Of a stretch of DNA of 32,000 nt, positions 8,678 to 19,155 are shown one piece after another. Both the position numbers and the translations under genes were made by a program. This DNA comes from Methylorubrum extorquens. GTDB lineage: Bacteria; Pseudomonadota; Alphaproteobacteria; Rhizobiales; Beijerinckiaceae. Location of the stretch: assembly GCA_900234795.1 (NCBI GenBank), contig LT962688.1:2070001-2102000 (forward strand). The letters run 5' to 3'. The notes beneath the pieces are model-generated. The model saw only the letters and a program-made list of their open reading frames with translations. It was not told where the DNA came from and searched no databases. The stretch's first letter is position 1, and every line of letters starts with the position of its first letter.

Positions 8678-10354
8678 TCAGGCGGCCCGCACCGTGGCGA
8701 GAAAGCGCTGAACCTCTGTCGAGAGGTTCTCGGACTGGCGTGACAGCTCCGCGGCGGCGCTCAGGACCTGGCTCGCGGCAGCCCCCGTCTCCTCGGCGGC
8801 GCCGGCCACGCTGGTGATGTTCGTCGTCACCTCCCCGGTGCCGATCGCGGCCTGGGCGACGTTGCGCACGATCTCCTGAGTCGCCGCCCCCTGCTGCTCC
8901 ACCGCGGCGGCGATGCTCGACGCCACGCCGTTGATCTCCCTGATGCGGCTGGCGATGCCGCCGATGGCTGCCACCGCCTGCCCGGTCGCCCCTTGGATCG
9001 TGCCGATCTGGGAGGCGATTTCATCGGTGGCGCGCGACGTCTGGTTGGCGAGCTCCTTCACCTCGGACGCGACGACGGCGAAGCCGCGGCCCGCCTCGCC
9101 GGCCCGCGCCGCCTCGATCGTCGCGTTCAGCGCCAGCAGGTTGGTCTGACCGGCGATCGTCGAGATCATCGCAACGACGTTGTTGATCTGAGCCGCGGCG
9201 TTCGACAGGTTCTGCACCAGCACCGCCGTATGGTCGGCCTCGCCGACCGCGCTCTCGGCCAAGTCCGCCGAACTCGCCACTTGGCGGCCGATCTCCTGCA
9301 CCGAGGCGCCGAGTTCCTCGGCCGCCGCGGCCACGGTCTGCACGTTCGCCGCCGCCTCCTCAGCCGCGGACGCCACGGTCAGGGATTGCGACGCCGTCTC
9401 GGTGGCCGTTCCCGACATGCTCCGGGCCGTCGCCTGCAACTGGCTGGCGGACGAGGTCACCATGCCGATGATCCCGCTGACCATCGTCTCGAAATGATCG
9501 GCCATCTGCCGCATGCCGGCCTTGCGCTGCTCCTCCGCCGAGGCGCGGGCGAGAGCGGTGTCCTCCTCCAGCTTGCGCGTATGGATCAGGTTCGTGCGGA
9601 ACACCTCGACGGTGGATGCCATCTCGCCGATCTCGTTCCGTCGGCCCTTGGACGGCACCTCCCGGTCGGTATCGCCGCTCGCGATGTCGCGCATCGCGCG
9701 CGTCATCTGCTCGATGGGCCGGGCCACGCCGAAGATAGAGAACGCCATGGCCAGGATCGTGACGACGAGGCCCGCGACCAGCATCGCGATGGCCGTATGG
9801 ATCGCCTGAGTCTGTTGGATCTGCGCGGCCTCTCCGGCGGCCTTGCTCACCTCGAAGTTCAGATCGACGAGCCGGGTCGCGGCGGCGGCGGCGGCGCGAT
9901 ACCGTGCATGGTTCTCCGTCCGGAACAGCACCAGCGCCTGATCGGCGTTTGTTTCGGCGATCCGCAGCAGGTTGGACCAGTCCTGCTTCAGCGCGCCGAC
10001 CGTCTGGATGAGGTCGTCGTAGGCGGCCTGCTCGGTGCTGCTGACGATGAGCACCTTGTACTTGTCGAGCTCCGCGGTGCGCGCCTCCATCAACTCATGC
10101 GCCAAGGCGAGGTCTTCTTTCCTGATCGCATCATTGGGTGCGGTCAGGAACCGCAGCTGGGCCGTTCTGACCTGCAGGATGAGCCTATTGATGCGACTCG
10201 CCTGATTGAGGGATGGAATTGCATTGGTGATGATGACGTTCGTGCTCTCGCCATTCGTTTGGAGGGCTTTGATCGAAATGATCCCCTGAATGGCGGATAC
10301 AATCGTCAGGATGGCAAACATGCCAACGAGTATTGCTTTGATGCTAATTCTCAT
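8678..10354 (-). CDS. methyl-accepting chemotaxis protein (N-terminal TM, four-helix-bundle type sensor, TM2, HAMP, MA signalling domain), 558 aa
   Basis: N-terminus [24 protein letters not shown], a second TM at [23 protein letters not shown], and the conserved signalling hairpin ...[37 protein letters not shown]... Confidence 0.9.
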   Translation of the reverse strand: MRISIKAILVGMFAILTIVSAIQGIISIKALQTNGESTNVIITNAIPSLNQASRINRLILQVRTAQLRFLTAPNDAIRKEDLALAHELMEARTAELDKYKVLIVSSTEQAAYDDLIQTVGALKQDWSNLLRIAETNADQALVLFRTENHARYRAAAAAATRLVDLNFEVSKAAGEAAQIQQTQAIHTAIAMLVAGLVVTILAMAFSIFGVARPIEQMTRAMRDIASGDTDREVPSKGRRNEIGEMASTVEVFRTNLIHTRKLEEDTALARASAEEQRKAGMRQMADHFETMVSGIIGMVTSSASQLQATARSMSGTATETASQSLTVASAAEEAAANVQTVAAAAEELGASVQEIGRQVASSADLAESAVGEADHTAVLVQNLSNAAAQINNVVAMISTIAGQTNLLALNATIEAARAGEAGRGFAVVASEVKELANQTSRATDEIASQIGTIQGATGQAVAAIGGIASRIREINGVASSIAAAVEQQGAATQEIVRNVAQAAIGTGEVTTNITSVAGAAEETGAAASQVLSAAAELSRQSENLSTEVQRFLATVRAA

Positions 10355-10783
10355 TTTTCGCCCCAGTCTAATTTCTCCTCAAATCTATCATGAGTTTGAT
10401 AATGGAATCTAAATCCCAATGCGGCGCGCCCTGCTCGATTATTGCTGTTTCAATGAGATATAATGATTTTGACTGGGATTATTGGCGGACTTATTTCGTT
10501 TGTCTTGATCAGCGGTTGAGATTTCTGTCGATGTTCGTTCAAAGGTTGCATCAACTGATGAGGGGACAGGGACGGGCTGAAGCCGCCGGTCTTCGAGGCT
10601 CGGCTCCGGAGCGGCGACGACGGGAGCGCATTCCGACGAAGTGGTCACCGGCTCGTCGAAGGAATGCGCACCACAACAAGGACCGAGAGGCACCGACCCG
10701 ATGCCATCAGGCCGGGCGACGCCGGGTCCTCGCGACCGCACAGGGGCTGCTCCCGAAGGCCGGCCGGTGAGGCGTATGCCGGA

Positions 10784-10815
10784 AATGCAAAAAGGCCCGG
10801 CCTTGCGGCCGGGGC
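10784..10815 (-). terminator. rho-independent terminator downstream of the aldehyde dehydrogenase gene
   Basis: On the minus strand: GCCCCGGCC-GCAA-GGCCGGGC followed by CTTTTTGCATTT. It starts 29 nt after the stop at 10844. Confidence 0.7.
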
Positions 10816-10843
10816 TGAAGTCGGTCTCGAACTCTCGAAGGGC

Positions 10844-12367
<1,524 letters not shown>

Positions 12368-12554
12368 CGCGTTTCCTCCATTGCGCTTGTTCGTTGACCG
12401 CTCTTGCCGCCGGTCTTGCCGCGTCTTGGCGGGAGACAAGAGCAGTCGCCTCGTCCGATCAAGATGGACTTTTGTCCAACGCGGCTTCTGGCGGCCGCCG
12501 ACTTGACTGTCTTCGCAATTGTTTTTGCCTGCCGCCGGGGCGGCTGCGGCTCCA

Positions 12555-14381
12555 TCAGTTAGACCCTTTCAGGCCCCCTGGCGACCCCGCCCTTTGTCCA
12601 AGGAGCGGGGGCGTGGCGCCCTCGTCGGGCAATCGGGGCGCGTCGGTCTCGAGGCCGTTCCGGAGCAGGATCAGGCCAGTGACGCGGCCGGTCTCGTCGG
12701 CGGTGAAGCGGATCTGCGCATCGTTCGCGCGCAGGAAGAAGGCACGCTCGCCCTCGGGGAAGAGTTCGTTGCGCGGCTGCCGTGTGGTTTGCGCGAAGAT
12801 CCGCCCGTCCTCGACGGTCACTGCGATCTCGGAGCCCGGCCCCAGGGCGTAGCGGCCGGCGAGCGCCGCCAGGCCGGAGCGGTCGATGGCGACTTCGCGG
12901 TGCTCTTGAGGCGGCTCGGCGAGCACGGCCCGCGCCTCCTCGGCGGCGACGCGCGGCCCGGTCCGGTCGCGGCCGTCGCGATGCAGGATCAGGCCGGTGG
13001 GCGTGCCGTCGGGCTCCGTCTCGAAGGTCAGGCGCATGTCGGCGACGGGGCTGACGAAGGTGCGGTCGCTCTCGGGCACGAAGGGGAAGGCAGGCTCGCG
13101 CAGCCCCGGCCCTTCCGCCCGTGCCGTCAGGCCCCGGCCCTCGCGGGCGACGGTGAGGAAGGCGCGGGGGCCGAGGCGGTAGGTGCCGGGGTAGCGGTCG
13201 AGGATCACGTCCTCCAGCACGATCTCTTCGGGCGCCGCGTAATGGCCGAGATGGAGGGCGCCGAGGTCGCGGGCGATCTTCTGGGCCGGCGCGGTCTCGG
13301 TGTTCGAGAGCACGATCACCGTGAGCCGGTCGTCGGGATAGACGTCGTTGATCGAGAGGAAGCCGGGGATCGACCCGGCATGGCCGAAGACGCGGTGGCC
13401 GCTCGTCTTGTCGCCGGACTTGTCGTCGGAACGTTTCCCAAAGGCGCGGGAGACGAACCAGCCGAGGCCGTAGCCGGTGCCGCGATCGTCGAACATCGCC
13501 GCGCGCGAGGCTTCGGAGAGCAGGCGCGGGCCGGCGAGCGCCTCGTCCCAGGCGAGAAGGTCATCGACCGTGGAATAGAGCGCGCCGGCGGCGTAGGCCG
13601 AACTCGCCGCCATCGGCACCGCGTTGCGCCACTGCGCCCGCCCCCGCCGGTAGCCGGCGGCCCGCCGCGGCAGGATCACGGTGAGGTCGTCGTAGCCGGT
13701 CTCTTTCAGCCCCAGCGGCGCGAGGATGTTTTCGCGCAGGTAGCCTCCGTAGGAGAGACCGGAGGCGGCCTCGATCACCATCCCGAGCAGCACGTAATTG
13801 GTGTTGCTGTACTCGAAGCGTGTTCCCGGTGGGAACAGCAGCGGGTCGCCCGCCGTCAGCGCCACGATCTGCGCGGGCGTGTGATCGACCCGCGCGATCT
13901 GGTCGTAATAGTTCGGCAGCGCCGTGAAGTTGATGATGCCGGAGCGGTGCTGGAGCAGGTGGCGCAGGCTCACCCCCGCCCAGGCCTCCGGCACGGACGG
14001 AACCCAGCGGCGGACGGGGTCGTCGAGCCCGAGCCGGCCGGCCTCGGCGAGCTTCAGCACGGCCGCCGCGGTGAAGGCCTTGGTCAGCGAGCCGATGCGG
14101 AAATGGGTCTGCGGCGTGTTGGGGATCTCCCACTCGCGGTCGGCGAGGCCGTAGGCTTGGCGGAAGACCGGCCGCCCGTCCCGGGCCACGAGGATGACGC
14201 CGGAGAACAGGCCCGCCTCGACGTAAGGGGCGACGAGTCCCTGCGCCCGCGCCGTGTCACCGTCTTGCGCGCACGCCGGGCTCAGGGCCGCCAGGGCGAT
14301 CGCGACTGCGAGCCAGGCTGCGCGAACGGGCAGCGGGCGACGCGGGCTCACGGGGGCACGGCTCAAGAGGGCACGGCTCAC
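12555..14381 (-). CDS. serine hydrolase, beta-lactamase/PBP4-type esterase family, with two tandem C-terminal beta-sandwich-like repeats; secreted
   Basis: Motifs S-x-x-K (IGSLTKAF), Y-x-N (YSNTNY) and HAGSIPGF. Signal peptide [27 protein letters not shown] favour GTG 14381 as the start, with AAGGAG about 11 nt upstream. The longest frame extends to 14492. Confidence 0.8.
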   Translation of the reverse strand: MSRALLSRAPVSPRRPLPVRAAWLAVAIALAALSPACAQDGDTARAQGLVAPYVEAGLFSGVILVARDGRPVFRQAYGLADREWEIPNTPQTHFRIGSLTKAFTAAAVLKLAEAGRLGLDDPVRRWVPSVPEAWAGVSLRHLLQHRSGIINFTALPNYYDQIARVDHTPAQIVALTAGDPLLFPPGTRFEYSNTNYVLLGMVIEAASGLSYGGYLRENILAPLGLKETGYDDLTVILPRRAAGYRRGRAQWRNAVPMAASSAYAAGALYSTVDDLLAWDEALAGPRLLSEASRAAMFDDRGTGYGLGWFVSRAFGKRSDDKSGDKTSGHRVFGHAGSIPGFLSINDVYPDDRLTVIVLSNTETAPAQKIARDLGALHLGHYAAPEEIVLEDVILDRYPGTYRLGPRAFLTVAREGRGLTARAEGPGLREPAFPFVPESDRTFVSPVADMRLTFETEPDGTPTGLILHRDGRDRTGPRVAAEEARAVLAEPPQEHREVAIDRSGLAALAGRYALGPGSEIAVTVEDGRIFAQTTRQPRNELFPEGERAFFLRANDAQIRFTADETGRVTGLILLRNGLETDAPRLPDEGATPPLLGQRAGSPGGLKGSN

Positions 14382-14625
14382 GGGCTGCTGTTCTCCTTCA
14401 GGTCGGCGGTTTGACTGCAGACTTGGCAGCCAGCTTGGCCGCGAAGCAGAGGCCGGCTTTGCGGCTGCGGCGTGGCGAATGCGGTCGCGCACGCAACGGG
14501 CCGCTCCGGGATGCCATCACGCTTTCGCCGCGACCCGCTGCGACAAGCCCCCGGCGCGGGCGAAAGCCACAGCGCTTGCGGGGTTTTCCTCGGCGCCGCC
14601 GACACGACACCAGAGGCAGACGATC

Positions 14626-15225
14626 ATGACGATCCTATCGCGCAGCCTGTTGGCCGCTTCCGTCTCCGCCCTCCTCGCCGGAACCGCCCTGGTTCCGGGC
14701 ATCGCGCTCGCCCAGGCGCCTGCCCAAGTCCCTGCCCAAGCCCCTGCCCAGGCTACAGCGCCGGAGCCGGGCAAGGCGCTCGCGCTGACGCAAGGACAGA
14801 TCGACGGCCTCCTCGTCGCCCAGCCCGAACTCGCGAGGCTGCCCGGCGCCGCGCCCGACAAGCCCGATCCGAAGGCCGAGGCGCAGGCTCAAGCCGAAGC
14901 CGAGGCGATCGTGAAGCGGAACGGCTTTGCCAGCCTCGAAGAGTTTCAGGATGCCAGCGACACCGTCGATGCGGTGCTCGGCGGCATCGATCCCGAGACG
15001 AAGAGCTATGTCGGCGCAACGCCGTTGCTGAAGAAGCAACTGGCGGCTCTCCAGGCCGACAAGGCGATGCCCGCCAAGGAGAAGGCCGAAGCGGTCAAGG
15101 AGATCGAGGCGGCGCTCGCGGCGGGCGAGCCCGAGAAGCCGTCGCCGGCCAACATCACCCTCGTGACCCGGAACTACGCCCGGCTCAGCGCGGCGATGGC
15201 CGAAGGCGACGGGAAGCCGAAATAG
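14626..15225 (+). CDS. secreted protein of unknown function with APAQ repeats, 199 aa
   Basis: The signal peptide is MTILSRSLLAASVSALLAGTALVPGIALAQA. It is followed by PAQVPAQAPAQATAPEP and then a Lys/Glu/Ala-rich helical region. ATG 14626 is in the frame of track ORF 14254..15225. I recognise no family. Confidence 0.6.
   Translation: MTILSRSLLAASVSALLAGTALVPGIALAQAPAQVPAQAPAQATAPEPGKALALTQGQIDGLLVAQPELARLPGAAPDKPDPKAEAQAQAEAEAIVKRNGFASLEEFQDASDTVDAVLGGIDPETKSYVGATPLLKKQLAALQADKAMPAKEKAEAVKEIEAALAAGEPEKPSPANITLVTRNYARLSAAMAEGDGKPK
14713..14754 (+). repeat. short tandem repeat, 12-nt unit about 3.5 copies (GCNCCTGCCCAR), coding for (A/V)PAQ
   Basis: Read directly: caggcgcctgcccaagtccctgcccaagcccctgcccaggct. 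Confidence 0.7.
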
Positions 15226-15335
15226 GCGCCGCGTCGCAGACAACCCTCCTTCCCGTATGGGGGAGGGATAGCGCCGGCTTCCCCCGCGTTACGACACGCC
15301 AACCCCTTGTCCCGCTGCGCCCGGTTCCAAGCCGG

Positions 15336-16721
15336 ATGCTGCCCCTGAGAGCATCCGCGACCGTGATATCCTCCCCTCGGCCCACCCTCGGAAGCCCGGC
15401 CTCCGAGGCCTCGCCGGGCGGTTCGCCGGGAGCGGCCCAGAGCGTGCCCGTGGGCACGCCGGCGAGCCCGTCCCCTTCGGGTCCATCCCCCTCGAGTCCA
15501 TCACCCTGGGTCGGGCCGGGCTTTGCCGAGTTCGTCGGCATCGTCGCGCTGATGATGGCGGTCACCGCCATGTCGATCGACAACCTGTTGCCGGCCTTCC
15601 CGATGATCCAGGAGCGGTTCGGGGTTGCCGACCCCAACAGCCTGCAGCTCCTCGTCTACGTCTACATGATCGGCTTCGGGGTGGCGCAGATCGTCTACGG
15701 GCCGGTCTCGGACGCCCTCGGGCGGCGGCCGACGCTGCTGATCAGCCTCGGCATCTACACCGCGGGCTGCATCCTCTCGATGCTGGCGCCGAGCTACGAG
15801 TGGCTGCTCGCCTCCCGCGTCATCCAGGGCATGGGTGCGGCGGGCGGCCGGGTGCTCGCCACCGCGATCGTGCGCGACCGCTTCTCGGGGCGCGAGATGG
15901 CGAGCGTGATGTCGCTCATCATGATGGTGTTCCTGATCGTGCCGATGCTCGGGCCGGCGATCGGCGCGACCATGCTGCTGCTCGGCTCGTGGATCTGGGT
16001 GTTCGTGTCGATGCTGGCGCTGGGCGGCATCCTCACCCTGTGGTTCGCCCTGCGCATGCCCGAGACGCTGCATCCCGAGTACCGCCGCCCGCTCTCGCTG
16101 CGGGCCACGGGGCAGGCGCTCGCCACGGTGCTGCGCAACCGCGCGGCGATCGGCTACGCCACGGCGCTTGGCCTGCTGACGGGCTGCATCATGGGCTATG
16201 TCGGCTCGGCCCAGCAGGTGTTCGACACCGGGCTCTATCATCTCGGCGGGCTGTTCCCCGTCGCCTTCGGCGTGGTGGCCGGCGCCATGGGGGCGGCGAC
16301 GCTGATCAATTCCCGCGTCGTGCGCTGGCTCGGGATGCGGACCCTGTCGCATGCGGGCGTCACCGCCTTCACGGCGGTCGGCCTCGTGCAGGTCGGCATC
16401 GGCCTGCACTATCAGGGGCATCCGCCGCTGGTGCTGTTCCTATCGGTGCTGGCGCTCAACCAGTTCCTGATCAGCTTCGCCCTGCCGAACTTCAACGCGC
16501 TGGCGCTGCAGCCGCTCGGGGCGATCGCCGGCACGGCCTCGTCGTTCCTCGGCTTCTACACCACGATCCTGGGGGCCTTCTGCGGCTTCGTCATCGGGCA
16601 CGCCTTCGACGGCACGGTGATGCCGGTGGCCTATGGCTACGCCCTGCTCGGTGCGCTGGCCCTGCTCACCGTGGCCTGGACCGAGCGCGGGCGGCTCTAC
16701 CGGGCCGGCGTCTCCGGCTGA
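15336..16721 (+). CDS. Bcr/CflA-family MFS drug efflux transporter (12 TM); start uncertain
   Basis: The conserved core begins at FAEFVGIVALMMAVTAMSIDNLLPAFPMIQERFG, then ...YMIGFGVAQIVYGPVSDALGRRP... Only the last ~400 codons of track ORF 14472..16721 are transporter-like. In-frame starts upstream of TM1 are ATG 15336 and GTG 15444 or 15450. ATG 15551 would truncate TM1. Confidence 0.8.
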   Translation: MLPLRASATVISSPRPTLGSPASEASPGGSPGAAQSVPVGTPASPSPSGPSPSSPSPWVGPGFAEFVGIVALMMAVTAMSIDNLLPAFPMIQERFGVADPNSLQLLVYVYMIGFGVAQIVYGPVSDALGRRPTLLISLGIYTAGCILSMLAPSYEWLLASRVIQGMGAAGGRVLATAIVRDRFSGREMASVMSLIMMVFLIVPMLGPAIGATMLLLGSWIWVFVSMLALGGILTLWFALRMPETLHPEYRRPLSLRATGQALATVLRNRAAIGYATALGLLTGCIMGYVGSAQQVFDTGLYHLGGLFPVAFGVVAGAMGAATLINSRVVRWLGMRTLSHAGVTAFTAVGLVQVGIGLHYQGHPPLVLFLSVLALNQFLISFALPNFNALALQPLGAIAGTASSFLGFYTTILGAFCGFVIGHAFDGTVMPVAYGYALLGALALLTVAWTERGRLYRAGVSG

Positions 16722-16728
16722 GATCGGC

Positions 16729-16749
16729 GGCCCGGAGCGCGTCCGGGCC
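16729..16749. terminator. hairpin between the convergent Bcr and SDR genes (8-bp stem GGCCCGGA/TCCGGGCC, 5-nt loop)
   Basis: Read directly. It is 8 nt after the Bcr stop and 12 nt from the SDR stop. No T-run. Confidence 0.4.
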
Positions 16750-16760
16750 GCAGGCACCGG

Positions 16761-17501
16761 TCAGGCGTTGGCGCCGCCATCGACCGTGAGGGTGGTCCCC
16801 GTGATCTGTCGCGCCGCCGGGCTCGCCAGGAAGGCGACCGCGGCAGCGATGTCCTCCGGCCGGCCGTAATGGCCGAGCGCGGTCATGGCGCGCTGGAGGT
16901 CCGACTGTTCGCCGTTGGACGGATTCATGTCGGTGTCGGTCGAGCCCGGCTGCACGAGGTTTACGGTGATGCCCTGAGGCCCGAGTTCGCGGGCGAGACC
17001 ACGGGTGAACGAGAGCAGCGCGGACTTCGTCATCGAGTAGACCGTGACACCGGGAAACGGCACGCGCTCGCCGAGGCACGAACCGATGGAGATGATCCGT
17101 CCGCCCTCCCCGAGATGCGGGATCGCCGCCTGCGAGGCCAGCACCACGGAGCGAATGTTCACGGCCAGCAGCGCGTCGATATCGGCCAAAGACATATCCG
17201 TCACCGGGCCGCCGCGGGCGATGCCGGCATTGTTCACGAGGATGTCGAGTCCGCCGAGTTCCGCCGCGGCCGCCTCGACCGAGCGCTTCACCGCCGCAGC
17301 ATCCGCGCTGTCAGCCTGGATGGCGAGGCCGCGCCGGCCCTGTCCCTCGATCGCCCGCACGACGTCCGCCGCTCGCTCGGCCGAGCGCTCGTAGGTGATC
17401 GCCACGTCCGCACCCCGCTCCGCCAGCGCCAGGGCGATGGCGGCGCCGATCCCGCGGGAGGCGCCGGTTACGAGGGCGCGCTTGCCTGCCAGTTCACTCA
17501 T
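16761..17501 (-). CDS. SDR family oxidoreductase (classical short-chain dehydrogenase), 246 aa
   Basis: Motifs TGASRGIGAAIA (cofactor binding), NNAG and catalytic YSMTKSA. Confidence 0.9.
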   Translation of the reverse strand: MSELAGKRALVTGASRGIGAAIALALAERGADVAITYERSAERAADVVRAIEGQGRRGLAIQADSADAAAVKRSVEAAAAELGGLDILVNNAGIARGGPVTDMSLADIDALLAVNIRSVVLASQAAIPHLGEGGRIISIGSCLGERVPFPGVTVYSMTKSALLSFTRGLARELGPQGITVNLVQPGSTDTDMNPSNGEQSDLQRAMTALGHYGRPEDIAAAVAFLASPAARQITGTTLTVDGGANA

Positions 17502-17513
17502 CGATTGATCTTT

Positions 17514-17531
17514 CTGTATCGAACGACACAG
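17514..17531. promoter_or_regulatory. imperfect 18-bp palindrome CTGTATCGAACGACACAG in the SDR-TetR divergent intergenic region (candidate TetR operator)
   Basis: 14 of 18 positions are self-complementary. It lies in the 81-nt gap between the two divergent start codons. The operator role is inferred. Confidence 0.3.
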
Positions 17532-17582
17532 AATTGGCTACGAGCGTTGCCGATCGCGGTCAAGCGAATTATAGAACGATCG

Positions 17583-18239
17583 ATGCAGAATTCTGAACCC
17601 GGCCCTTCCCCGCTGAGCTGCGGCCCAACGCGTGGCCGCGGCCGGCCGCGCGCCTTCGATCGGGACGCGGCGCTGACCCAGGCCATGCACGTGTTCTGGC
17701 GCAAGGGCTTTGCGGCCACCGCCATCTCCGAGCTGACCGCGGCGATGGGGATCGGCTCGCCGAGCCTCTACGCGGCGTTCGGCTCGAAGGAGGGGCTCTA
17801 CACGGAGGCCCTGCGCCACTACCGCGAGCGATACGGGGCGCATGTCTGGGGCAACTTCGATGCGGCCCCGACCGCGCGCGCGGCCGTCGAATCCCTGCTG
17901 ATGGACACGGCCGCCGCTCTGACGCAGGTCTGCGCGCCCGAGGCGCCGCGCGGCTGCATGGTGACGCTCTCGGCCGTCGGCGGCGAGGGCCATGCGGAGC
18001 TCGGCGCCTGCGTGCGGGCGGCGCGCGCCCTCGGATTCGAGCGCGTCGTGGCGCGGCTCAGCCGCGCGGCGGTGGAGGGCGAATTCGGTGCCGCGGTCGA
18101 TCTCCCCGCCCTCGCCCGCTTCGTGATGACGGTGCAGGGCGGGATGTCGCTTCAGGCTCGCGACGGCGCGAGCCGGGCCGAGCTGGAGGCGGTCGCCCGT
18201 CTGACGATGGCGGGATGGGACGCCAGGGTCGCCGCTTGA
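17583..18239 (+). CDS. TetR/AcrR family transcriptional regulator, 218 aa
   Basis: N-terminal HTH region GRPRAFDRDAALTQAMHVFWRKGFAATAISELTAAMGIGSPSLYAAFGSKEGLY. ATG 17583 is in the frame of track ORF 16869..18239, whose upstream part is antisense to the SDR gene. Confidence 0.9.
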   Translation: MQNSEPGPSPLSCGPTRGRGRPRAFDRDAALTQAMHVFWRKGFAATAISELTAAMGIGSPSLYAAFGSKEGLYTEALRHYRERYGAHVWGNFDAAPTARAAVESLLMDTAAALTQVCAPEAPRGCMVTLSAVGGEGHAELGACVRAARALGFERVVARLSRAAVEGEFGAAVDLPALARFVMTVQGGMSLQARDGASRAELEAVARLTMAGWDARVAA

Positions 18240-18252
18240 TCGCGCCCGGCCT

Positions 18253-19155
18253 TCAGGCCGCCTCGTCCTCGGGGATGACATCGACCTCGACGGTGAGCTT
18301 CTGCTCCCCGGCAGAGGCGACCATGCCATCGATGGGGGCGACGTCGGCGTAATCGCGTCCGCGCGCCACGACGATGTGGTCGTCCCGCACGACGCAGGCA
18401 TTGGTCGGGTCGAGGCCGATCCAGCCACCCTCCCCCGCGCCCGCCTCGGGTCCGCACCAGAGGGCGACCCAGGCGTGGCTGGCATCCGCCCCACGCAGGC
18501 GCGGACGCCCGGCCGGCGGCCGGGTGCGCAGGTAGCCGCTGACATAGGCCGCCGGCAGGCCGAGCCCGCGAAGGCCGGCGATCATGACATGGGTGAAGTC
18601 CTGGCAGACGCCCGCCCTCAAGGCGAAGGCTTCCGCCAGCGGCGTCGAGACGGTGGTCGCCTTGGCGTCGAAACGGAAGTCGTCGCGGATGCGCTGCATC
18701 AGCTCGACCGCGCCGCCATAGGCGCTGCGCCCCGGCGGGAAGCTGGCGCGGGCATAGTCCGTCACCGCCGGTTCGAGCGGCACCCGCTGGCTGCGGAACT
18801 GGAAATGCGCCGGCCCGTCCGGCCCGAGCGAGGGCAGCGCCAAGGCGGCCGCACGCACGGCCTCCCAGGACAGGCCCGACTCGGGCGGCGGCGGGGCCGG
18901 CCGCTCCACGGCGACGCGGGAGACCGCCTCGACCGTGAATTCGCGATGGGGCTCGTCGAGGGTCAGGGTCAGCGTGTCGAGGCCGAAGAAGTCGCGCCGC
19001 GCGAGACGGCTGGTCGGCGTGGGCGTGACGTGAAGCGCGCTCTCCAGCACCCGCTGCCCCTCGCCGTCGCGGGGGCGAAGGCGCAGGTTGCAGCGCGCGA
19101 AGCGGACGGCCCGCGCATAGCGGTAGGTCGTCAGGTGACGCAGGCTGTAGATCAA
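18253..19155 (-). CDS. transglutaminase-like family protein (Bact_transglu_N plus transglutaminase core), 300 aa, TTG start
   Basis: The start is (L/M)[16 protein letters not shown], the typical N-terminus of this family. Cys/His/Asp motifs are GVCQDFTHV, SHAWVALW and GLDPTN. TTG 19155-19153 overlaps the upstream TGA (TTGA). There is no ATG or GTG nearby in frame. Confidence 0.8.
   Translation of the reverse strand: MIYSLRHLTTYRYARAVRFARCNLRLRPRDGEGQRVLESALHVTPTPTSRLARRDFFGLDTLTLTLDEPHREFTVEAVSRVAVERPAPPPPESGLSWEAVRAAALALPSLGPDGPAHFQFRSQRVPLEPAVTDYARASFPPGRSAYGGAVELMQRIRDDFRFDAKATTVSTPLAEAFALRAGVCQDFTHVMIAGLRGLGLPAAYVSGYLRTRPPAGRPRLRGADASHAWVALWCGPEAGAGEGGWIGLDPTNACVVRDDHIVVARGRDYADVAPIDGMVASAGEQKLTVEVDVIPEDEAA

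Noticed and set aside
10140-10560. Calling the low-GC tract a mobile element or genomic island
   Set aside because: There is no integrase, transposase, flanking direct repeat or tRNA. The tract is only ~400 nt and is continuous with an intact receptor gene. It is reported only as a compositional anomaly.
10439-10741. 100-aa minus-strand ORF and the overlapping 126-aa plus-strand ORF (10390..10770) in the MCP/ALDH spacer
   Set aside because: No RBS, heterogeneous composition (half AT-rich promoter, half GC-rich spacer) and low-complexity, non-protein-like translations.
12515-12534. Sigma-54-like GGCA...TTGC element (minus strand GGCAGGCAAAAACAATTGC) upstream of the aldehyde dehydrogenase
   Set aside because: The spacing between the GG and GC dinucleotides is one or more nucleotides off the canonical -24/-12 geometry in every register I tried. 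No enhancer-binding protein gene is nearby.
15244-15267. Hairpin CCCTCCTTC...GGGGGAGGG after the secreted-protein gene as a terminator
   Set aside because: It has only 9 pairs including two G-T, and no T-run. That is too weak to list as a feature.
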